Below are positions 32,144 to 40,661 of a stretch of 64,000 bases of DNA, piece by piece (the first letter of the stretch is position 1; every line of letters begins with the position of its first letter). The position numbers and the translations under genes were made by a program. The stretch is taken from positions 1 through 64,000 of the IMG/VR virus record IMGVR_UViG_3300050821_007134. The stretch is one strand, 5' to 3'. The notes beneath the pieces are model-generated. The model did not search any database. It was not told where the DNA came from and was given only the letters and a program-made list of their open reading frames with translations. This DNA is from a virus.

Positions 32144-32458
32144 TTAGTAGATTACTTGGCCGTTGGTGACCCATCCGTGGAACTTACATGAAGAATGAAC
32201 TTTCTTGATGGTCCCGTCGGGCTGCTTTACATCGACATCGCAATCGCAATTGATGGACGGCGTTATAGAAACGTCTTCCAAAGTAGATCCAGTCTTTTTC
32301 CAAACTGCGCCGTTTTGCGAATAGCTGGTTCCCTGGAAAGCCACGGCGATATAGTGGCCGCACGGGCATATTGGGCACTGGAACCAAAGAGAAGTCGGAT
32401 GACCGACTTTCATATGATCGTATAGATCCCCGTCAAGTTCTGTAAGTTTCTTTTGCAT
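32144..32458 (-). CDS. DUF6527-like zinc-binding protein
   Basis: FQCP..CGH, W...SITPSI, C.FHGWVTNG. Confidence 0.6.
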   Translation of the reverse strand: MQKKLTELDGDLYDHMKVGHPTSLWFQCPICPCGHYIAVAFQGTSYSQNGAVWKKTGSTLEDVSITPSINCDCDVDVKQPDGTIKKVHSSCKFHGWVTNGQVIY

Positions 32459-32476
32459 AGTGTTAAGATTGCTTTA

Positions 32477-32876
32477 AAGCCCCGTTAAGCGAGCTTTATA
32501 CCCGATTGGGTACGATAAAGCCTATTTAATAGGTACTTATACCCGTTCGGGTACCCAATTACATCCATTATGGTTTTCATAACCGCCGGACGTTAGAAAA
32601 TCACTAACGAATAAGATTTCATGCAACATACTGTCATTTTTCGATAGTTTCGAACAAATTGTCTATTATAGTAGCCATTTCAGGCATTTATGATCACTAT
32701 AATGTACATTTGGTGCCTTATAGGGTGCCAAAAATCATTTTAATGGTACCTTATAGGGTACCTTTCCCGCCATTTGGCAGGATAAATGGCAGGATATGTC
32801 GCAAAATCTCAAAAAAATCGTCATATCCGTGAGACGTGTCGCGATTTGATAAGTTTTTCGATATATAAACTGATCA
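32477..32876. repeat. Island of tandem, unrelated operator-like palindrome pairs
   Basis: TTATACCCGnTnGGGTAC twice (41 bp apart), TGGTRCCTTATAGGGTRCC twice (33 bp apart), TGTCTATTATAGTAGCCA/TGATCACTATAATGTACA, TGGCAGGA twice. Confidence 0.8.
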
Positions 32877-35043
32877 CTTTTTGGGGAAACAGGTGCAGAC
32901 TTCAAATTCGGGATCATTCTTATCAATAAGCATTCCGTCCCATTCGTAACACCAATGAAGAAAGGGCCTTTGGCGTCGGATCTCTTTATATTCTGATTCA
33001 ATGGCGGCTTCCCAGATCTTCTTGGTCCATTTTTGGAAATAAACCGACTGTTTTAGAGGAACTTCTGTCGAAAGAACTTCTCTAATCATTTCGACCATGA
33101 GCTTTTCTTGTTCTGGAGTAAGTTGGATCTCTTCTAGAGTAGGCATTATTTCAAGATCTCCAGCGAGGTTTGAAGTCTGAAACGAAGCCCCTTAATGGCT
33201 TGACTTCTGTCGCTATAAATAATGACTGCACAGAAATAGATCTTCCAGAATCCAACGTCCAGCTTTAAAACTCCAGGATATTTGTTTCGCAAGGAAAATG
33301 TCATGCGTCACCCGTTGATTGAAATGGTTTTGTCGTCATGGTAAATCGTAAAGTCGCCCTTATTTATGTGCCCGCACGCGGAATCATATTTAATTTGATA
33401 ATCATCGGGTAACTTTTCGAGCATTTTCTTTAACATTCCCACGGTAACTTGCTCCCATGCGTCTGTGTCTTTGGCGAAAGGGGTCTCGATGTTGTATTCT
33501 TTATCGATTTCTTCTATAGGGAGGAATATTTCGGGTATCTCCTTTGTTGGCAATGCGTGCAATTCTCTTTTGTAAAATTCCTTATAGGCCTCGGTCGGTT
33601 TGCCATCAAGAAGAATCCAACCATAATTTGGATGGAACAGGTCTTTGGGCGCTCCCATATTTTTAGCCGATGCTACTGAGGCATCTTCAATAACGGTTTG
33701 TTTTTCTTCATCTGTCATGTCTTCAAACTTTTTCATTTATGCTCCATAATTTATAATTGGTAAGTGATAATGCATATTTTTTGGATTCCAAGCCAGTTCC
33801 ATTACAACTTGCCAGGCGACTATCTCCCAGTCTGGCGCGAAAGGATCTTCGGTCCAAGTATAATTGGCGTCATTTAGTTCAGCGTCTTCTAGTAGCATCA
33901 TATCTTTTGTACCAATAGGCCAACTGCATCGCCTTTGTAAAGAAGGGGATCGCTCAATCTTATGGCAAACTGTTCTATACCGGTACATTTATAAACAGTT
34001 CCATCTACTTCTATTTCTTGATTTAGAACTTCTTTTCTTGGCATTGTTTCTTCTAAATGTAGCGTATATACAGTACCCTTGCCACCAATAACAAATTTGT
34101 CTTCGCTTTTGAACTTTCTCATTTCTTTAAACTCAATTCTATATCGGCAAAAATATTTGCGATTTTGGATTTCACCACATAAAAGTAAGTATCGGCGGTA
34201 TTCCAATATTTTAAACCGTATGTCTCAGGATGAACCGAAGAACATTTAGGGCACGGAACCAATTTTGTCTCGTTCTCGATCTTATCGAACACTCCAAAAC
34301 CAGCGCATTTATTGCAAGGTCTTTTGGTAGAACTGCTTTGAATAAGCATTAGTTTCCACACCAATCGAAGTGAGCGTTTAAAATGTCCAAGAATTCTTTG
34401 TCAAGACTGGTAACTTTATATCCCAACTTTTGAAAGTGATCTACGATTTCTTTTGAGTTAACCGGCGTTGGGATCGACTGATCATAGGACGCATTATAAT
34501 CGTAAGTGCATTCGCCAAAAGAGGAGTTATGTTCGATGGCCTTTTCAATCAATTTAAGGGCTAGCTTTGTATTTGTGACCAACATTTGATCGTAAGTTAT
34601 TTTTTGTTTTTCTATGGCTTTTTGATACCTTCGATAGGATTCCTGAGCCGTCATCGCGTGCGCCTGGGAGACCAAAAGTAGAATCATCAAAATTTTCATT
34701 TCTTTCTCTCCTTTATTCGTTGCATTCTTTGATGGAGGGATTCAGCCCTACGTGTTTTCATTTCCATGACCTTTTCGTCTTTCTCAAGATCTTCATCCCA
34801 TTGATAAAGAGAGTATCCGCCATAGTAAACGTGCAGAATTGCTTGGGCATCTTCCTCAGATACGTGAGGAGGCTTCATGCCAGCTTCTTCCATTAAACTC
34901 AAAAACTTATTTGCCATGTCTTGGCTGCTGTCGGCATATTTGAATTGTATTTGATGATCGGTAAGAAATCTATGAATTTTACTTAACATCTCTTCGCGTT
35001 TCATCACTTTTCCCCATTTGGCGGCGGCCAGATGATCATACAA
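32874..35043 (-). CDS. Run of small hypothetical ORFs
   Basis: Coupled ORFs in the track. Confidence 0.5.
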
Positions 35044-35105
35044 ACAACGACCACGAAAGCAAAGACAAGAATTCTAAAAGCTGCTTCCTTTAAGGTCATC
35101 GAACC

Positions 35106-35134
35106 ATGGTACCAAAACTATTCACTATTTGCAA
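35106..35134 (-). promoter_or_regulatory. sigma70-type promoter
   Basis: TTGCAA-N17-TACCAT with a TG extension. Confidence 0.6.
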
Positions 35135-35195
35135 CCATTCATTCTGAAGTGAATAGGCAAGATCATGCCATGAAACGTTGCCTAATGTTGCTCGA

Positions 35196-35525
35196 TCAGA
35201 AGTTGTTATTATTTGGCTTCTTGTGTCTAATCTTCTTGGGAAGGCGATGATCCTGAAGCATATGACCGAAACTATCTTCCAAATTGGTAAATTTGTACAT
35301 GATATGACTCATATTAAGAATCCATAGCGCCGAAAAATATAACCCAGCACTAGTGTTCGGGTTTCCTCGTTCTAAGCTCATGACCGTAGGGCGTGAAACT
35401 GACATCTTCTCAGCAACTTGCGCGATGGTCAAATTCTGTCTGCGACGCGCCATTCTTAGGAGTTCGCCTAGCTTCTTTAATGTGTCTTCCGCTGAACTTT
35501 GTAAATAAACCATAATGGAAACCAT
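35196..35525 (-). CDS. XRE/HipB-like HTH protein (orphan, no adjacent HipA)
   Basis: LGELLRMARRRQNLTIAQVAEKMSVSRPTVMSLERGNP; upstream palindrome AATGTAAACAATACTTTACATT. Confidence 0.85.
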   Translation of the reverse strand: MVSIMVYLQSSAEDTLKKLGELLRMARRRQNLTIAQVAEKMSVSRPTVMSLERGNPNTSAGLYFSALWILNMSHIMYKFTNLEDSFGHMLQDHRLPKKIRHKKPNNNNF

Positions 35526-35984
35526 TGTTGCACATAATGGCTAAAATGTAAACAATACTTTACATTATCGCGAAACCTACCGCTCGTTCTTGTCCAGATT
35601 TATGGGGTAAAAACTGGATTTTTTGTCAGGTTAAAAGCTTACAAATTGGGACAAAAAGTCAGGTATAAACCTGACAAATGTTTAAACATTTTAGGCCCTT
35701 TTATGCGCAAATAAGCTCCTTGTATGTATACGTGTATAATTCGAATCAATAAAATCAAGTAGTTACAAGGATATACACGTTATACGTGACAGGTGGCAGG
35801 AATATATACATTTGGGACAATTTCGTGAATATCGGGACAAAATTTGTCCCGATTTCGTGCGGAGAATAAGGTCTTCAATCTCCGCATTACTGGTTAATAG
35901 GATCGCGATTATGCCTTAATCAGTCGTGTAAGTGTTTGATTTAAAAACCTTATATAGGACGATTATAAGGTAATCGGGTCAATA
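35511..35984. repeat. Island of operator-like palindromes with two IHF consensus sites
   Basis: GTCAGGT(T/A)-type pair 33 bp apart, ATCGGGACAAAATTTGTCCCGAT, TGCGGAGA-N13-TCTCCGCA; WATCAANNNNTTR at 35753 (+) and 35929 (-). Confidence 0.8.
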
Positions 35985-36980
35985 TTAGACCTTAATAGGA
36001 TCTTTATTAGGGTCAACTAAAGCTTCGTTGGCCATCTTTTCGACTTCGTCTATTGTGCGGCTCTCGTACATAACGACCCTTGGGTCTGGCTGCCTCTTGG
36101 CGGGCCAGTAAAGCCATCCAGGGCCAAGTTTCTTAAGAGCAGTTTCTAACTTCGCTATTCGTTCGGAGGCCTCTTTATTGACCGCGTGGGCTCCGGCCAC
36201 GAAAGCACACCAGCGAACGTCAGTGGGATCTGTGACCATGTGCTTGATATTTTCGTAGTCTTTGGCCCAAAGTTCGATCTGTTCTTGAGTGATCATTCGT
36301 CACCTTGTTCCAATTCTTCAATTTCTTTTAAAACTTTTCTGGCATACTCGCAGCCAGGCTCAGCGATTAATCGTTCAAGATATTGTTCATGATTGCCCGC
36401 TTCTGTAATAGGATTAACTGCTTCAGCTCTGATGAATTCTTTAGCGCGATTCAAGGCTTGTTGTAACCTGTTAGCCTTTCTAAAGCTGTATTCCCACGAG
36501 CAATACGGACCATGATCATTTACTCCTGGGCAGCACTCTTTTTTCATTCTTCGCCTCTTTCGAGTTCGATTGTAACTTCTACCCTCATGTTGACAATGAG
36601 ATATTCCTTACAGCTCGGGCATTCCATCTCAATCCAGTGGCCATTGTTTTCTTGAACCATGCTGGCTGGGTAAAATCTCCATCCATTAATGAGAATTTTA
36701 CACTTTGGGCATTTACCCCAAGTGAGCTTATTAGTGTTCACTTTGGCGCCAAAAACCAAAAGGGTCTTATGCGACCAATTCTCTTTAGAATTTTACGCAA
36801 AAATTCAACGGTATGAACGAAAGCTATAGTTGGAAGTGAAATCAAACCTAATATTGAATATCCGAGAGTAAGTTTTGACCATCGGAAATCTCTCCATCCT
36901 GGCCAACTATCCATAAACATGGCTCCAGGAATAAATCCTATCGCGATCCAGAATATCGTTATCAAAACAAACGCAACCAT
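35985..36980 (-). CDS. Four small hypothetical ORFs, including a Zn-ribbon protein (36544-36759) and a membrane protein starting at 36980
   Basis: Coupled ORFs; GGAGG RBS before the ATG at 36980. Confidence 0.5.
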
Positions 36981-37000
36981 GTGTCCTCCAAAAAAGTAAA

Positions 37001-37198
37001 TCAAAGGGCCGGACGCTAACCCGGCTCGTTACCAGACAACCTAAGAGATCAGAGCCACGGGTAACCACTTAGACTCCCGGACTTAGGTAGTGCATGTCTC
37101 TTGGCTAATGATCGCTCAGTTCGCCAGCATTACCACGCTGCTCTTTGACGACGGCTGCTTCGCGGGGAGAAGCATATTGCACTAACCCAGGCACCGTC
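37001..37198 (-). ncRNA. tRNA-like structured RNA 2 (core 37001-37148 plus a 5' three-way-junction domain)
   Basis: Acceptor-like TCAAAGAG/CCCTTTGA, D-like arm CAGCG-TGGTAA-TGCTG, T-like arm GCCGG-GTTAGCGT-CCGGC, and a structured insert of about 100 nt (ACCTAAG/CTTAGGT). Confidence 0.65.
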
Positions 37199-37235
37199 TT
37201 TGGAGTTTCTCATGAATTTAAAGGAGGATCAAGAA

Positions 37236-38069
37236 TTATTTATAAAGTTGTTTGCCCGTGGCGTCAAAGTATTTGATGCCGGTTAGAACATTCCCTTCAA
37301 TGACTTTATCGCCATTAATGGCCGCTTCTCGGCGGTATTCCAACTCGACATTTCTAACGCGGGACAATAATGGATTTGAGAACCTAAGTTCATATGGGAT
37401 TGAAAGGTCATAGATGGCGGTCCGGTTGGCACCTAAGAACTTGGTTCCCGGCGGAAGGACATTCAAATATTCTTGCACTAAAGCAAAAAGCCGCCCATCG
37501 ATATCGTAATGGCCAGGATTGCTAGTGTCCATGTAATTATGTAGGATTCTGGCTTCCGCCCAAAATTCACCTTCGGGAAGGATCAAATTAGTTGAACCAA
37601 GGGTTTTACCCATTTCGCCTTCCTTGATTGAAAAATCAAGTTTTTCGGCTTCTTCGGCTTTATCCAAAATGATATGTGGGAAGAAAAATACGGCACTTTT
37701 CGGGAGTTCTCCAGGCATGATGGCAAGTTTTATAGAAGACATGGTAGCGAGACTAGAAAGAATCCAACCCTTCTCGGCCAGGTCATTTGCTACTTTAGAC
37801 AATTCTTGCAGACCAAGGTCGACATTGTTGTTTGCTACGACGACGCTGAAAAATACGGCCCGACCGGTAACTTCACCATCTTTGGTGACAAGTAGATTTT
37901 TCTCGATTTTTGATAGGGCGGCTTTTGCCTTATCAGTAAGGTACTTTGAGGCATTTTCCGTATGATCGTCAATTTGAAGGGCACTGCCCTTTGTGATGGT
38001 TTTCTCGCTGGCCTTCAGGGTCTCGTTTACTTCCTCGATTAATTTTTCTAAGTTTTCTTGGTTTTCCAT
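37236..38069 (-). CDS. Hypothetical protein (277 aa)
   Basis: AAGGAG RBS and an extended -10 TGATATAAG upstream. Confidence 0.65.
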   Translation of the reverse strand: MENQENLEKLIEEVNETLKASEKTITKGSALQIDDHTENASKYLTDKAKAALSKIEKNLLVTKDGEVTGRAVFFSVVVANNNVDLGLQELSKVANDLAEKGWILSSLATMSSIKLAIMPGELPKSAVFFFPHIILDKAEEAEKLDFSIKEGEMGKTLGSTNLILPEGEFWAEARILHNYMDTSNPGHYDIDGRLFALVQEYLNVLPPGTKFLGANRTAIYDLSIPYELRFSNPLLSRVRNVELEYRREAAINGDKVIEGNVLTGIKYFDATGKQLYK

Positions 38070-38860
38070 AAGTTCTCCTTTGCCCCCTTATATCAGAACT
38101 CTTATAAATGGCATTTTAATATTAATTTTGAAATTTTTTGATGAGTAGTTTCAGGGGTTTAATAAAATTAATACGAAAAGTGCAATTTTCCACCTTTATT
38201 AATTTATTAAAGGATTTTATCGCGAATCATCTCTTCTTAGACTTGGCTGACAAGATTACTTGTCTTTTTAAAATCTTTACGTAGTCTTGAGCCTGTTTTT
38301 CAGAGTAAAAAATCCTTTTTAATTTCCTTTTGCCATTAAAAACAAAATAGTGATACCCTGTGCCAACGCAGTCGTCTTCACCTTGATCTTCGCAAGCCAT
38401 ATAACTTCGATACGTGTACTTGTATTCCTCTATCACTATTTTGTAACTCATTTCTTCTTCCTTTGGTTGTGTTCGGCAGCGATCCGTTCAAAATATCCGA
38501 GATCCCTTAAAATCGGGGTTGACCAGTGTTCAGGTTCATTTTCATGTTTTTTAAGCAGCGCGTCAAGTTCTTCATTGGACATGGACAGCATTTTGTCCAA
38601 AACCTCGATTGCCATTTGGGTCCCTGATTTTTTCTTAGAGCGCATTATCTTTGTCCTTTTTGACTTTTCCTTCACCTTTGCAATTCGCGCAAGGTTGCGG
38701 AACTGGTTCCCAACAACCATCAAAGGAATTATAGGCCGAATCCGGAACTGGGTCAACCCCGGAGCCATCGCAAATATGGCAAGTTTCCATGTCATTAGGT
38801 GACCGCTTCATAAGTCCTTCTTTTTGCTTGAGTTTTTATAGGTGTCATTGAGTGACATTA

Positions 38861-39223
38861 TCAGTCTATCCGGCCATGGCCAAGTGGATTGCGTAAATAT
38901 TCAGAATAATTCATAGCAGCATCCCTTACCCTTTGATCTGGGTCCTTTAGGGCCTTGCGCCAAAAACCGCTGGCTTTTGACTGTTTGGTCAAATAAGCCA
39001 CAAATCGCTCATACCAGACTGAACTAGTGGCGGCATATTCCAAAATCTTGTTTGGGCACTTCGGATGCCGTAAAATGGCCTTCCGATTTTGCCACTGATC
39101 CATTCGAACGAAACGATCCTCAGTCGGTTCCAAGGTCGACATGAAAAATTCGGAAAATTGGGCTTCCGTGGGTTCCGCCGCCATAAAGGCCTTCAGGGTC
39201 GGATAGTCAAATATTTTACGCAT
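38861..39223 (-). CDS. HEAT/LRV-repeat-like protein
   Basis: RKAILRHPKCP...ALKDPDQRVRDAA. Confidence 0.5.
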   Translation of the reverse strand: MRKIFDYPTLKAFMAAEPTEAQFSEFFMSTLEPTEDRFVRMDQWQNRKAILRHPKCPNKILEYAATSSVWYERFVAYLTKQSKASGFWRKALKDPDQRVRDAAMNYSEYLRNPLGHGRID

Positions 39224-39241
39224 AAGTCCTCCTATCCTTTC

Positions 39242-39270
39242 ACCATACCCCTATGGAATTTCTTTGTCAA
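39242..39270 (-). promoter_or_regulatory. sigma70-type promoter heading the left arm
   Basis: TTGACA-N17-TATGGT. Confidence 0.75.
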
Positions 39271-39828
39271 GGGATTATATGCTAGCGCATATATTTGCTA
39301 CGAAATCGGGCTATTTTATATGACATCGCATATATTCTATGCGATCATGCAGAAATACTATCAATGGTATTTTTGGGGCCGGAAGTGGGCTCTGAATCGA
39401 GCTGGCGGGCGGAATTCAGTGGAAGGGTGGATTGGGCCGGGCTGTCACGGAACTCGTTACTATGCCCTATCCTGGCTCATTTCTGGCCCCTTTATAGCGT
39501 GGTATCGGGACTGTGGCGGCCCGGTTAAGGTATGGATATAATTTTGGGAAAAATTTTTATAGCTATGGATATAAGAAAAATTTTGGAAATTTTATAGTGA
39601 TTCGATGTCCTAGTACATTAGACCCTTGCCTCGGCTGTATACCTACCTACCGGACGACTCGTTTTCCTGACTGATTCCAATAGGATAGACGTTTTAGGTG
39701 CTGTCTAATGTGTGTACAGACTGTCAACTGATTAATCGTGCCAATGATAGCTGTCTGGTTCTACATACATACGAGCTGTCTAGTTTATCCACAAGTGTCA
39801 ACGAATGTGTGTACAGTGCTCTTCCCCT

Positions 39829-39844
39829 TGCAATAGCCGTACCA
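39829..39844 (-). promoter_or_regulatory. sigma54-type -24/-12 element
   Basis: TGGTACGGCTATTGCA (GG-N10-GC). Confidence 0.55.
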
Positions 39845-39999
39845 TGTTGTTTGACCATAAGTTAGACAGTGGTGGCGGTTGCTTATATTGGGTCTGGTTG
39901 GCCTAATCACATATAGGGCCAGCAAACGACCAGCCATTAGACATTGACTAATAGTTCGACACATTGACGCGTGCCATATGCGCCACGGCGCGGCGTGGC

Positions 40000-40015
40000 T
40001 GGCACGGGCCATGCA
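40000..40015 (+). promoter_or_regulatory. sigma54-type promoter heading the early arm
   Basis: TGGCACGGGCCATGCA (GG-N10-GC), about 60 nt before an AGGAGG-ATG at 40076. Confidence 0.7.
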
Positions 40016-40164
40016 AATACTAATTATGAGACATACGCGGGCCACGGACTAAGGCCCTTCCCCTTAGGAGGCATTATGTTAAAGCTTTTGAAAAGATGGT
40101 TTAGAATACGCAATACCGAGCATGTTAAAGATCAGTTAGACCTAATTGAGCAATAGGAGAGAAT

Positions 40165-40419
40165 ATGAATACATTAGAGCTACGTGTCAAATTAGAAGAG
40201 GCTGGCCTGACTGTACGCCAAACAGAGGTCGTCTTATTGGTCGCTCAAGGCCTGTCAAACAAAGAAGTAGGCAACCAGCTATTTATCGCGCCAAAGACAG
40301 TCAAGTTTCACCTAACGACTGTTTATGGCCTGTTAGGCGTCAAAAGCAGGGCTCAATTAATCGTTTGGTGTGTACCACACTTGTACACTCCCATCATTCG
40401 AATAGAGGAGGCTGTATGA
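40165..40419 (+). CDS. Stand-alone LuxR/GerE HTH regulator
   Basis: LTVRQTEVVLLVAQGLSNKEVGNQLFIAPKTVKFHLTTVYGLLGVKSRAQL. Confidence 0.92.
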   Translation: MNTLELRVKLEEAGLTVRQTEVVLLVAQGLSNKEVGNQLFIAPKTVKFHLTTVYGLLGVKSRAQLIVWCVPHLYTPIIRIEEAV

Positions 40420-40661
40420 TTAAAGTATTGCCAATGGATGCCAGCACGGAGTCAATTCAATATTGGCGTTCGATGGGTTATACAATCCAGTTTGTGCAAA
40501 CAAAATAGGCAAAGCTTCGCCGTCCAGCGTAGTTTGCTTGTTTAAAATAAATGTGGTCGCGTGTGTGGTGTGTAAATAGGGGCCTTTTTGGCATTGTTTC
40601 GCGTGGCAAGTAAAGCAATTGTAACGGCATTTGTGAGGTAACTATATGAAAGAATTAGTAA

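Noticed and set aside
32477-35984. CRISPR array or mini-array
   Set aside because: No constant repeat with unique spacers; each repeat occurs only about twice and differs from the next.
37149-37198. HDV-like (theta) ribozyme, suggested by the loop TCCCCGC and a downstream GCGAA
   Set aside because: P2 is not adjacent to P3 and there is no GG for P1.1, so the topology does not fit. An RNArobo or Infernal search would settle it.
39785-39793. DnaA box TTATCCACA as a replication origin
   Set aside because: It is a single copy and also fits the local TGT-N11-ACA pattern; not enough to call an origin.
39089-40045. ORFs 39089-39541, 39295-39528 and 39785-40045
   Set aside because: They overlap regulatory DNA, lack RBSs and have unprotein-like composition.
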